From a virus: DNA of 40,625 bases. The DNA is taken from the UHGV virus genome UHGV-0137877, one strand, 5' to 3'. Positions within the stretch are counted from its first letter, which is position 1. Each line of letters starts with the position of its first letter. Made by a program: the position numbers and the translations under genes. Shown here piece by piece: positions 8,565 through 17,667 of this stretch. A model generated the notes under the pieces. That model did not search any database and had not been told where the DNA came from. It saw only the letters and a program-made list of their open reading frames with translations.

Positions 8565-9233
8565 ATGAGCAAGATTGACTATCAGGCACTGCGTGAAAAG
8601 GCAGAGAAAGCAACGTGTGGTGTGTGGTCGCTCGAATATGGAGAGGGCCGATTTGATGGTGATGATGCACTAATTCATCGCGAGGCTGCTGGGTATATTC
8701 CCATTTGCAGAATTGAAGGAGCGCATCCAGAAAGCGGTTTCGATGAAGATTTCCAAATGGAACAGCAGGCCAATGCTGAATTCATCGCCGCAGCCAGTCC
8801 AGCTACCGTGCTGGCGCTGCTGGATGAACGGGAAAGAAACCAGCAATACATCAAACGCCGCGACCAGGAGAACGAGGATATTGCGCTAACGGTAGGGAAG
8901 CTGCGCGTTGAGCTGGAAGGCAAAGACAAGCTGATTGCAGAGCTTAGAAAACAATGCGCTGAATGGGAGCGAAAAGCATTAAGCAACTTTGAAGAGTGTG
9001 CTGCGATGGCTGAACGTATCGAAAAGATGAGTAAGCAAAGTTGCGAAGCCCGGGAGCGTGATTTGTTTGAATCATGGGTAATGCATTCAATTTGTATCTC
9101 CAAATCGACGCTTGAAGGATTGCGTACCGAAACTGGATACCGTAACGCAACCTTATCAGGCACAGACTTCAACCGCATGTGGGAACAATGGAAATCTATC
9201 CGCGCCGCTGGCATTCGCACTAAAGGAGAGTGA
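8565..9233 (+). CDS. Ead/Ea22-like protein
   Basis: 222 aa; N-terminal AEFIAAASPATVLALLDE segment plus coiled-coil middle, resembling the Ea22 family. Confidence 0.45.
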   Translation: MSKIDYQALREKAEKATCGVWSLEYGEGRFDGDDALIHREAAGYIPICRIEGAHPESGFDEDFQMEQQANAEFIAAASPATVLALLDERERNQQYIKRRDQENEDIALTVGKLRVELEGKDKLIAELRKQCAEWERKALSNFEECAAMAERIEKMSKQSCEARERDLFESWVMHSICISKSTLEGLRTETGYRNATLSGTDFNRMWEQWKSIRAAGIRTKGE

Positions 9234-9234
9234 T

Positions 9235-9750
9235 ATGGCGTTAACACACCGCGAACTCTGTCAGATTGCGTACAAGTTCCTTAAGCGCAACGGGTTCAAG
9301 GTTTGTTTTCATGACCGCTTTATAGCTGTAACCAGTACCGGAGAACAGCCAGATGCTATGGGGTTCAGAAATTCAGCATCATGCCTGATAGAGGCGAAGT
9401 GTTCTCGTGCTGATTTGTTGGCAGATAGAAAAAAGCGTTTTCGTAAAAATCCGTCTCTTGGAATGGGCGACTGGCGATTCTTTATTAGTGAGCCGGGAAT
9501 TATTTCAATTGAGGATTTACCACCTGGCTGGGGATTACTTCACGTTGTTAACGGAAGAGTACGGAAAGTACATGGGTGGCCCAAGGGTAATTGCTGTTGG
9601 GGTAACCCTGAAGATAAACCTTTTATTGGGAATAAGCAGGTTGAATGCGATTACATGTTATCTGCATTAAGGCGCATGGAGTTGAGAGGGCACCTTAATG
9701 AAATATATGACGGTGTAATTGTTAATAAGAAAGAAGGAAACGCGGCATGA
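9235..9750 (+). CDS. PD-(D/E)XK nuclease-fold protein (MmcB-like)
   Basis: ORF track 9112..9750; preferred ATG 9235 after AAGGAGAG; motif QPDAMGF...LIEAKCS. Confidence 0.5.
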   Translation: MALTHRELCQIAYKFLKRNGFKVCFHDRFIAVTSTGEQPDAMGFRNSASCLIEAKCSRADLLADRKKRFRKNPSLGMGDWRFFISEPGIISIEDLPPGWGLLHVVNGRVRKVHGWPKGNCCWGNPEDKPFIGNKQVECDYMLSALRRMELRGHLNEIYDGVIVNKKEGNAA

Positions 9751-10610
9751 TCACTATTACCAAAGAGCGACTGCTGACAATCAAGCAGTGGCGCGAAACA
9801 TACGGACCTGATAGCAACGTTGTACTGCCAGCAGAAGAAGCGGAAGAACTGGCGCGTATCGTGCTGGCATCGCTGGAAGCAGAGCCTGTTCTGTATCAGT
9901 CCTGCACTCGCCCCACCTGGAATAGCGGTGTTCCGTGGACGGAATGGAAAGAACGTAGTCGTGAGTGCTACGAAGACGATTTGCGTTTTACAGACACGCC
10001 TGACCATGCCGGTTGGATATACAAATGTCGAAAACTATATACCACTCCGCCAGCGCCGATAGCGTTAGAGGCCATTGAAAACGCAATTGAATACATTCGT
10101 AGTATCGCTTTTCACATCGATGAAGACGATTACCACGGCAAACATATTGCGTATTTCATGCGACAAGCATTGGCCTGGCTGGAAGGGCATTCATGCAGCG
10201 ACGACAGACTGGGTAAAGCCGACAATCAACCAGTACGCGGCAACCAGGCTGCCGAATCCAATCGCGGTAATGAGTGGACCGGCAATCCTGATATTGATAA
10301 CGCAATCATCATGCTCGACCGCATAGATACGGCGGAAAGTTACGATGATGACCGTATTGAGGCTGTTAAGGCTGTTTTGCGTAGACTGGCAGGCAACTCT
10401 CCGGTAACTCCGGATGGTTGGATAAGCTGTAGTGAGCGAATGCCCGCTCAAGATGATTGGATTTTAATTTATTCAAAGCACGGCGAGTATATGGCAGGAC
10501 AGGTACAAGGGGAATACGTGGAGTTGAGCGACGGCACTTTATCGTGGTTAGGGAACGCCTTGTACTGGATGCCTCTACCGGAACCGCCGCAGGAGGTTAA
10601 CCGTGGCTAA
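9747..10610 (+). CDS. Phage protein with DUF551-like C-terminal domain
   Basis: 287 aa; C-terminal GWISCSERMPAQDDWILIYS...WMPLPEPP. Confidence 0.5.
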   Translation: MITITKERLLTIKQWRETYGPDSNVVLPAEEAEELARIVLASLEAEPVLYQSCTRPTWNSGVPWTEWKERSRECYEDDLRFTDTPDHAGWIYKCRKLYTTPPAPIALEAIENAIEYIRSIAFHIDEDDYHGKHIAYFMRQALAWLEGHSCSDDRLGKADNQPVRGNQAAESNRGNEWTGNPDIDNAIIMLDRIDTAESYDDDRIEAVKAVLRRLAGNSPVTPDGWISCSERMPAQDDWILIYSKHGEYMAGQVQGEYVELSDGTLSWLGNALYWMPLPEPPQEVNRG

Positions 10611-10884
10611 CCTACAACTTGCCGTCAAAGGTGAATACTTCGATGCCATGATTCGCGGGGAGAAAACGGAAGAGTATCGCCTGTGCAATGACTACTGGAA
10701 TAAGCGAATTATGTTCCGGGAATATGACCGCCTGATTATCACAAAGGGATATCCGAAGCGCGACGATTCCAGTCGCAGAATTGATGTTCCGTATGGTGGA
10801 TATGAAATCAAGACAATCACACATCCGCACTTCGGTGATAAACCGGTAAAGGTGTTCGCGATAAAGGTGAATATTGATGGCTAA
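10603..10884 (+). CDS. ASCH/DUF3850-like small protein
   Basis: 93 aa; GTG start after GGAGG; LAVKGEYFDAMIRGEKTEEYR pattern. Confidence 0.4.
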   Translation: MANLQLAVKGEYFDAMIRGEKTEEYRLCNDYWNKRIMFREYDRLIITKGYPKRDDSSRRIDVPYGGYEIKTITHPHFGDKPVKVFAIKVNIDG

Positions 10885-11215
10885 ATCAGCAGCAGAGCGC
10901 AAAGCCGCGCAGCGCGCTCGGCAGTCCGCCGCCGGTGAGCGCAAAATTGAACTGGTGCTGGATAAGCAGGAGCAGGAAATGCTGGCGCGGAACTGCGCCG
11001 CCCGGCGCCCTGGTCACGATCCCTATGAAATGGCCGAGTACATCGCGCTGCTGATCCGCCAGGATGATGCACGTGTGCGCGGGCGTATAAAATCGATCAG
11101 CAGAAAACTTTGCGGTAAGTGCGGCGAGAGAGTTCCCGTTAATTCATGCCCGTGTAATGGTGACTCGCAATGCTGGGTGACTAAAGGCTGGCATGAAACG
11201 AAATTAATAGTGTGA
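10877..11215 (+). CDS. Hypothetical protein with C-terminal Cys cluster
   Basis: ORF track 10874..11215; ATG 10877 after AAGGTGA; basic N-terminus, CGKCGERVPVNSCPC. Confidence 0.45.
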   Translation: MAKSAAERKAAQRARQSAAGERKIELVLDKQEQEMLARNCAARRPGHDPYEMAEYIALLIRQDDARVRGRIKSISRKLCGKCGERVPVNSCPCNGDSQCWVTKGWHETKLIV

Positions 11216-11445
11216 CATGTCACGAAGGTGTTATGCCAAAAATACGCTACGACCTTGAAGATATGAGAGATAACTCAGCAAATTTTCCGAAAGAGGTTAA
11301 ATTTCTCATGCATAAGTATGGTTGCGCCAGGAGGGATATAGTTATCGACAGTCAGCACCCTTGCGGCGAGGATGTAATTTTCATTCGCGGTAAATGGGAA
11401 GGGTATCTTGACGAGAGTTTTTACGATGAATTTGATGGACTTTGA
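11212..11445 (+). CDS. Hypothetical protein
   Basis: 77 aa; track start is GTG at 11212 overlapping the upstream stop; alternative ATG at 11233. Confidence 0.4.
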   Translation: MTCHEGVMPKIRYDLEDMRDNSANFPKEVKFLMHKYGCARRDIVIDSQHPCGEDVIFIRGKWEGYLDESFYDEFDGL

Positions 11446-11519
11446 ATACTGCCGCCAACTATGGCGGCTTTATTTTGCATGGTACTATTACCACAACGGT
11501 AACTATTACCACGGTGGTT

Positions 11520-12116
11520 ATGATGCCTGCTGAACCTAAAACCTATAAACGCAAATCAACGCAATTTAAGCCGCTCACAGCAATGCAGGAGGCTTATTGC
11601 CAGTCATACATCAAAACGCCTGAAAACCAGACTCAGGCAGCGATTAACGCAGGATTCTCCCCAAATACAGCGGCAGTTAAAGCCAGTGTCATGATGCGCG
11701 ATGAACGCATTCAAAAACGGATTGCCGAGTTGATGGAGGAGCGCAACAAACGAATGCGCGTCAGTGCTGATTACGTTCTCATGCGCCTGGTGGAGATCGA
11801 CCAGATGGACGTGATCGACATCCTCAACGACGATGGGAGCCTTAAGCCAATCCGCGAGTGGCCGAAAATCTGGCGCACTACGCTTAGTGGCTTTGATCTG
11901 TCATCGACCATCATGAACATGAACGAGGATTCGATAGAGACAATCCTCAAAAAAATTAAATGGCCTGACAAGGTGAAGAACCTCGAACTGATTGGTAAGC
12001 ACGTCGACGTCAACGCATTCAAAGAACGCCTGGATGTTAATGTGAATGTGACAATTGCTGATCGCATAGCGGCAGCCAGGAAGAGACTGAAAGAACGTCA
12101 GGATGGCAATCAGTGA
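11520..12116 (+). CDS. Terminase small subunit
   Basis: ORF track 11442..12116; preferred ATG 11520; LTAMQEAYCQSYIKTPENQTQAAINAGFSPNTAAVKAS fits the small-terminase pattern; directly upstream of the large subunit. Confidence 0.6.
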   Translation: MMPAEPKTYKRKSTQFKPLTAMQEAYCQSYIKTPENQTQAAINAGFSPNTAAVKASVMMRDERIQKRIAELMEERNKRMRVSADYVLMRLVEIDQMDVIDILNDDGSLKPIREWPKIWRTTLSGFDLSSTIMNMNEDSIETILKKIKWPDKVKNLELIGKHVDVNAFKERLDVNVNVTIADRIAAARKRLKERQDGNQ

Positions 12117-13588
12117 CAGATACAGCGTTATCTCCTGAAGAGCAGTTAATCGAGGATATTGCAGGGTTCACTCACGATCCGCTTGGCTATGCCCTCTATG
12201 CGTTCCCATGGGGGGAAGAGGGGACTGAACTGGCACATGCCACCGGCCCACGTCAGTGGCAGGCTGATGCGTTCCGAGAGATACGTGATCACCTGCAGAA
12301 TCCAGAGACGCGCTATCAGCCGCTTATGCTGGCACGCGCTTCTGGTCACGGTATTGGTAAATCCGCATTCATCTCAATGCTGATCAACTGGGGCATGTCC
12401 ACTTGCGAGGATTGTAAGGTCGTGGTGACCGCCAACACCGACAACCAGCTACGAACGAAGACCTGGCCGGAAATTATCAAGTGGTCGAACCTTGCTATCA
12501 CGAAAGACTGGTTTACCTGTACCGCTACCGCGATGTACAGCAATGACCTAGGGCACGACAAGCGGTGGCGGGCTGACGCAATACCCTGGTCTGAGCACAA
12601 CACCGAGGCATTCGCCGGACTACACAACGAGCGCAAACGCATCATCGTGGTGTTTGATGAAGCGTCGAACATTGCGGATCTGGTGTGGGAAGTTGCCGAG
12701 GGTGCGCTTACGGACGAAGACACTGAGATTATTTGGGTGGCGTTCGGAAACCCTACACGTAACACCGGGCGTTTTCGCGAATGTTTCCGCAAATATAAAC
12801 ACCGCTGGAAAACTGCGCAGATTGACAGCCGGACGGTGGAAGGCACTAACAAACAGCAGTTGCAGAAATGGGTTGATGACTACGGGGAAGACAGCGACTT
12901 CGTTAAAATCCGTGTGCGTGGCATATTCCCTGATGCATCTGAATTGCAGTTTATCCCTACCGGTCTTACTGACGAGGCAATGAAACGGGTGGTAACCGCT
13001 GCGCAGGTTGCACATGCTCCGGTGATAATCGGCGTTGACCCGGCATACTCCGGCGTTGATGACGCTGTGATATACCTGCGGCAGGGGCTACACAGTAAGG
13101 TGCTGTGGACTGGCAACAAGACTACCGACGATCTGATTATGGCGAAGCGTATCGCTGACTTTGAAGACCAGTATCAGGCTGACGCGGTGTTCATCGACTT
13201 CGGTTACGGAACCGGTTTGAAGTCAATCGGTGACGGCTGGGGTCGTACATGGCAACTTGTTCCGTTCGGTGGCGCGTCTACTGACCCGCAGATGCTCAAC
13301 AAGCGTGGGGAGATGTTCAATTCATGCAAGACATGGCTGAGGCTGGGCGGCATGCTGGATGACCAGGAAACAGCAGACGACCTGTCGGCGGCAGAGTACA
13401 AAGTTCGAGTGGACGGTAAAATCGTTATCGAACCGAAGGAAGATATCAAGGAGCGGCTTGGGCGTTCACCGGGTAAAGGCGATGCGCTACTGCTGACGTT
13501 TGCGTTCCCTGTGTCTAAGCGTCTGCGAATTCCCGGGCAGCAGAACCAGCAAGGCAAGGCCATCACAGATTACGATCCCTATGCTTAA
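12113..13588 (+). CDS. Terminase large subunit
   Basis: 491 aa; Walker A-like ASGHGIGKS, Walker B-like VVFDEAS, C-terminal nuclease-like region. Confidence 0.85.
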   Translation: MTDTALSPEEQLIEDIAGFTHDPLGYALYAFPWGEEGTELAHATGPRQWQADAFREIRDHLQNPETRYQPLMLARASGHGIGKSAFISMLINWGMSTCEDCKVVVTANTDNQLRTKTWPEIIKWSNLAITKDWFTCTATAMYSNDLGHDKRWRADAIPWSEHNTEAFAGLHNERKRIIVVFDEASNIADLVWEVAEGALTDEDTEIIWVAFGNPTRNTGRFRECFRKYKHRWKTAQIDSRTVEGTNKQQLQKWVDDYGEDSDFVKIRVRGIFPDASELQFIPTGLTDEAMKRVVTAAQVAHAPVIIGVDPAYSGVDDAVIYLRQGLHSKVLWTGNKTTDDLIMAKRIADFEDQYQADAVFIDFGYGTGLKSIGDGWGRTWQLVPFGGASTDPQMLNKRGEMFNSCKTWLRLGGMLDDQETADDLSAAEYKVRVDGKIVIEPKEDIKERLGRSPGKGDALLLTFAFPVSKRLRIPGQQNQQGKAITDYDPYA

Positions 13589-13638
13589 TCCGCTTGAGGG
13601 GATAATGTTGTTGATATCCTCTGATGAGGATAAAACAA

Positions 13639-13658
13639 AGCCAGCTCATAGGCTGGCT
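13639..13658. terminator. Bidirectional terminator between the terminase gene and the convergent 124-aa ORF
   Basis: AGCCAGC-tcatag-GCTGGCT hairpin flanked by A-run upstream and T-rich downstream. Confidence 0.6.
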
Positions 13659-13678
13659 GTTTGTGATATGTCACGGTG

Positions 13679-14053
13679 TTATTGCTCGCTTAACTTCTGC
13701 TTCAGCAAGTAACCTTCAAGCATCCAGATTTTGTTTACAGCATTCTGTCGGGCAATCTTCCGACCAATTTCTGCATCAAAGTTTTCCGGGCTTGCACAGG
13801 CGCTCTCTCCGGTGACGGTGAAGCCGTTGCGCAGCACCAGGACGCAGAAAGTGAGAAGGTGCAGAGCATCAGGGGTGGCTTCGACATAAGGCTCTGGATT
13901 ATAAATAAGGTCATCTTCTTTAGCCTGATGATCCCCCTGCGCAGCAGTAAAAAAATGCTCACTGCAAATGAGACCTTCAATTTTCTCAGGAGTTACACGA
14001 GGTGCCGTTTTACCTTTCTCAACGATTTCTTTTTCGATTTGCTGGTCGTTCAT
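13679..14053 (-). CDS. Hypothetical protein (inverted insert between terminase and portal)
   Basis: 124 aa; ATG at 14053 with AAGGTGA RBS; opposite strand to all flanking virion genes. Confidence 0.6.
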   Translation of the reverse strand: MNDQQIEKEIVEKGKTAPRVTPEKIEGLICSEHFFTAAQGDHQAKEDDLIYNPEPYVEATPDALHLLTFCVLVLRNGFTVTGESACASPENFDAEIGRKIARQNAVNKIWMLEGYLLKQKLSEQ

Positions 14054-14063
14054 AATCTCACCT

Positions 14064-14088
14064 TAAAAAAATGCCCGGCGAACCGGGC
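14064..14088 (-). terminator. Rho-independent terminator between the tRNA and the 124-aa ORF
   Basis: GCCCGG-cgaa-CCGGGC hairpin followed by a U7 run on the minus strand, ending 10 nt before the ORF's RBS. Confidence 0.6.
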
Positions 14089-14257
14089 GAACTGGAAGCA
14101 ATGAGTTATGCCTTCCGTGGCTGTACTGGTTTACAGCATGAAGTCATCGCAATGGCGTCCTGCTGTAAAAAGGGCAAGGGCGGTGATAGTCCTTCAAGGG
14201 AAACCATCACCGCCAAGCACCTGGAACTTCTGGCATCACGGTCCTTAGGCGTGATTC

Positions 14258-14334
14258 TGGCGTGGCATGCAGGATTCGAACCTGCGACCAACCGCTTAGA
14301 AGGCGGTTGCTCTGTCCAACTGAGCTAATGCCAC
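14258..14334 (-). tRNA. tRNA-Arg (anticodon UCU)
   Basis: 77-nt cloverleaf folded by hand: 7-bp acceptor stem, D-arm GCTC/GAGC, anticodon stem ACCGC/GCGGT with loop CTTCTAA, T-arm GCAGG-TTCGAAT-CCTGC, discriminator G, encoded CCA. Confidence 0.9.
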
Positions 14335-14656
14335 AACGCTGAGAGCACTTAGCCTGTTAAGGCGCCACACTTTGTCGCGGCTCCATAAATGCTCTCATCG
14401 TTGTACCCTCGTCTCTTCCGAGGCGTCACACCGAATCGCCGGGATGGTGAATCCCCGTGCGCGGAATAAAACCGCTCGACTTGCACATTCCGGCTACCTG
14501 GTTCGTTTGCCACAGCCAGGGAGGGTGCCCCTTAAACGTATCCAGACCGCTATCGGCGCATGTGCCATACGCCGTACTGCTCAAAATAAAAGCTCACTCC
14601 ACCTGTTTAATTTAACGACAAGCCAGTCAGGTTAGTAACCAGAATGAGCCCTTTGG

Positions 14657-14734
14657 TTACCTGAAAGGTAATAATTAACGCGTTAAATGTCAACCTTCTA
14701 CGATAAATAAATCATATGTGGTTAAATTGGTAAT
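14657..14734. promoter_or_regulatory. Late-operon promoter region: operator (14657-14671), ATGTGGTT (14716-14723), GGTAAT (14729-14734)
   Basis: Perfect TTACC-tgaaa-GGTAA, then the same ATGTGGTT-N5-GGTAA arrangement seen at 33323-33340. Confidence 0.55.
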
Positions 14735-14761
14735 AATTTAATTGCGTACGGAGTCATTGAT

Positions 14762-14968
14762 ATGTGCATGGGTAGCTCACCATCAGTGCCTGCAACACCA
14801 GAAGTTCAGGCAGCACCACAGGAGCAGGATGCCGCCGTTGTTGATGCCCGCGACGAAGAAACACGTCGCCGTCGCGCTGCTGCTGGTCGTAGTTCTACGC
14901 TGCTTACCGGTTCTCAGGGCGACACATCAACCGCTAATACCAGCGGTAAAACGCTGCTTGGTCAGTAA
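14762..14968 (+). CDS. Small hypothetical protein upstream of portal
   Basis: 68 aa; GGAG RBS; its initiation region is almost identical to the portal gene's. Confidence 0.45.
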   Translation: MCMGSSPSVPATPEVQAAPQEQDAAVVDARDEETRRRRAAAGRSSTLLTGSQGDTSTANTSGKTLLGQ

Positions 14969-14982
14969 CCGGAGTCATTGAA

Positions 14983-16662
14983 ATGGCGGAAACAACTAAA
15001 GAGCGATTGAACAAACAGTTCGCACAACTTGAAAGCGAGCGTCAGTCGTTCGAGCCGCACTGGCGCGAGTTGAGTGATTACATCAACCCGCGTGGTTCCC
15101 GCTTTCTGACTTCTGAAGTCAACCGTAACGATCGACGCAATACACGCATTATTGATTCGACCGGGACTATGGCGGCGCGCACTCTCGCCAGCGGCATGAT
15201 GTCAGGCATCACAAGCCCTGCGCGTCCGTGGTTTCGCCTGGCTACGCCAGATCCTGAAATGATGGATTATGGTCCTGTTAAGTTGTGGCTCGAGGCGGTG
15301 CAGAACCGCATGAACGATATGTTCAATAAGTCGAATCTCTACCAGTCTCTTCCGCAGTTATACGGAAGCCTCGGCACATACAGCACTGGTGCAATGGCGG
15401 TGCTGGAGGATGACGAGGACATCATTCGCACAATGCCATTCCCGATAGGCAGTTACTACCTGGCTAACTCACCTCGTGGCAGTGTGGACACCTGTTTTCG
15501 CAAGTTCTCTATGACTGTTCGTCAGCTTGTTCAGGAGTTCGGGCTAAATAACGTCAGCGAATCCGTAAAAAGCATGTGGGAAAGCGGCACCTACGAGAAG
15601 TGGATTGAAGTGATGCATTCGGTTTACCCGAACATTGACCGCGATACATCGAAGCTGGATAGCAAGAACAAGCCATTCAAATCGGTTTATTACGAGGTTG
15701 GTGGCGATAACGACAAGTTGTTGCGTGAGTCCGGATTCGATGAGTTTCCAATTATGGCTCCGCGCTGGGAAGTTAACGGCGAAGATGTTTATGGATCATC
15801 ATGCCCGGGTATGCTGGCGCTTGGACCTGTTAAGGCATTGCAGCTTCTCCAGAAGCGCAAGTCGCAGTTGATTGATAAAGCCACCAATCCGCCGATGGTT
15901 GCTCCGACTTCCCTCAAGAATCAGCGCGCCTCCCTTCTTCCTGGCGACATCACGTATATCGATCAGATTACTGGTCAGGATGGTTTCAGGCCTGCTTATC
16001 TGGTTAACCCCAGTACAGCAGATTTGGTGGCAGACATTCAGGACACTCGTCAAATCATTAACAGCGCCTACTTTGTCGATCTGTTCATGATGTTGCAGAA
16101 CATCAATACCCGCTCGATGCCTGTGGAAGCGGTGATCGAAATGAAAGAAGAAAAACTTCTGATGTTGGGGCCGGTTCTGGAGCGCCTGAACGACGAATGT
16201 CTTAATCCTCTCATTGATCGCTCTTTCTCGATGATGGTGCGTAAAAACATGCTGCCGCCACCGCCTGACGCGATGGAAGGCATGCCCCTGAAGGTCGAAT
16301 ACATTTCCGTCATGGCTCAGGCGCAGAAGTCTATCGGCCTGTCCAGTCTGGCGTCCACGGTTAACTTCATTGGTCAACTTGCGCAAGCGAAACCAGAAGC
16401 TCTCGACAAACTCAACGTTGATCAGGCGATCGATGCATTCGCTGATATGTCCGGAGTGTCTCCAACCGTCATTGTTCCGCAGGAACAGGTTGAGCAGGCT
16501 CGCCAGCAACGGGCACAGCAACAACAGCAGCAACAAATGATGGCGATGGGGATGGCGGCGGCACAGGGTGCCAAGACGCTAAGCGAAGCTAAAACTTCGG
16601 ATCCGAGTGTTTTGTCAGCTATGGCGAATGCAGTTAGTGGTCAGGGTGGGCAATCACAATGA
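14983..16662 (+). CDS. Portal (head-to-tail connector) protein
   Basis: 559 aa; sits between terminase and scaffold/capsid; N-terminal region resembles podovirus connectors; Q-rich C-terminal tail. Confidence 0.75.
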   Translation: MAETTKERLNKQFAQLESERQSFEPHWRELSDYINPRGSRFLTSEVNRNDRRNTRIIDSTGTMAARTLASGMMSGITSPARPWFRLATPDPEMMDYGPVKLWLEAVQNRMNDMFNKSNLYQSLPQLYGSLGTYSTGAMAVLEDDEDIIRTMPFPIGSYYLANSPRGSVDTCFRKFSMTVRQLVQEFGLNNVSESVKSMWESGTYEKWIEVMHSVYPNIDRDTSKLDSKNKPFKSVYYEVGGDNDKLLRESGFDEFPIMAPRWEVNGEDVYGSSCPGMLALGPVKALQLLQKRKSQLIDKATNPPMVAPTSLKNQRASLLPGDITYIDQITGQDGFRPAYLVNPSTADLVADIQDTRQIINSAYFVDLFMMLQNINTRSMPVEAVIEMKEEKLLMLGPVLERLNDECLNPLIDRSFSMMVRKNMLPPPPDAMEGMPLKVEYISVMAQAQKSIGLSSLASTVNFIGQLAQAKPEALDKLNVDQAIDAFADMSGVSPTVIVPQEQVEQARQQRAQQQQQQQMMAMGMAAAQGAKTLSEAKTSDPSVLSAMANAVSGQGGQSQ

Positions 16663-16955
16663 CAGATTACGAAGACGATCAACTGAAAGAAGAAAACGCC
16701 CGTAAGCAACGTGACATGGCACAGCGTGAAATTGATGACATTCGCTTTGTCATGAGCAGTGAACAGGGGCGTCGCGTTGTCTGGTCGGTGCTGGAGAAAG
16801 GCCGGGTGTTTTCCGCTATCTCTCCGATGGATGCTATGGCAATGGCATTTAATGAGGGGCAACGCAATCTGGCGCTGGAACTGTTTCAGCGCGTTATGGC
16901 GCATTGCCCTGAACAGTATTTGAAGATGGCCAAAGAGGCCAGTGAACAGGAGTGA
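16659..16955 (+). CDS. Hypothetical head-module protein
   Basis: 98 aa; start overlaps portal stop (ATGA). Confidence 0.5.
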   Translation: MTDYEDDQLKEENARKQRDMAQREIDDIRFVMSSEQGRRVVWSVLEKGRVFSAISPMDAMAMAFNEGQRNLALELFQRVMAHCPEQYLKMAKEASEQE

Positions 16956-16957
16956 TC

Positions 16958-17653
16958 ATGAATTTATTTGAGCGTTTGCTGTATCGCCGTCTTTGCAATG
17001 AGCAACCAGTCGATGGTGGAGCAGCTCCGGCTGCGTCAGAACCGTCAGCGCCTGCAGGTGATAACCCTGCTCCAGTTGGTGATCCATCACAACAGGAAGG
17101 TGATAAGCCACAACCTGTTGCTGATGGCGATAAACCTGCTGATGACAAAAAGCCTGAAAACGATAAGCAGGATGAAAAAAAGGACGGCGATAAACCAGAG
17201 GGTGCGCCTGAGAAGTACGAGTTTCAGGCAGCCGAAGGCGTAGAGCTGGATACAGAAGCGTTGAAGGAATTCGAGCCGGTGGCGCGAGAACTTAACCTGA
17301 CCAACGAGCAAGCGCAAAAGCTGGTTGATGCTTATCCGAAGATTCTGGCAGGTGTTCAGCAGCGCCAGGCAGAAGCCTGGCAGAAAACAACCGAGCAGTG
17401 GGCTGCGGATGTAAAAGCTGACAAAGAAATCGGTGGCGACAAGTTGATTTCTAACCTTAGCGCCGCACAGCGTGCGCTTGACCAGTTCGGGACACCTGAA
17501 CTCAAAGAATATCTGAACACCACCGGGCTGGGTAATCACCCTGATCTGGTCAAAACGTTCGTGAAAATTGGAAAGGCGATGTCTGAAGATGGCATGGTCA
17601 CCGGTGGTAATGAAGGCCAGCGTAGTGCGGCCGAAGTGCTCTATGGCAAATAA
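16958..17653 (+). CDS. Scaffolding protein (putative)
   Basis: ORF track 16952..17653; preferred ATG 16958 after CAGGAG; acidic, Pro/Ala/Lys-rich N-terminus; sits between portal and capsid. Confidence 0.5.
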   Translation: MNLFERLLYRRLCNEQPVDGGAAPAASEPSAPAGDNPAPVGDPSQQEGDKPQPVADGDKPADDKKPENDKQDEKKDGDKPEGAPEKYEFQAAEGVELDTEALKEFEPVARELNLTNEQAQKLVDAYPKILAGVQQRQAEAWQKTTEQWAADVKADKEIGGDKLISNLSAAQRALDQFGTPELKEYLNTTGLGNHPDLVKTFVKIGKAMSEDGMVTGGNEGQRSAAEVLYGK

Positions 17654-17667
17654 GAGAGGAAATGACA

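Noticed and set aside
9112-9234. N-terminal extension of the 212-aa ORF into the Ea22-like gene
   Set aside because: ATG at 9235 follows AAGGAGAG and the upstream stop; the extension overlaps in another frame.
14106-14291. 61-aa ORF overlapping the tRNA-Arg gene
   Set aside because: It runs through the tRNA and its structured trailer; no RBS.
14258-14334. tRNA as a prophage attachment site or boundary between two elements
   Set aside because: The tRNA is intact, and terminase and portal on either side belong to one packaging module.
14372-14635. 87-aa Arg-rich ORF upstream of the tRNA
   Set aside because: No RBS, biased composition, lies in an otherwise non-coding regulatory region.
15799-16536. 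245-aa ORF antisense to the portal gene
   Set aside because: Fully embedded opposite a well-supported gene; low-complexity, His/Arg-rich translation.
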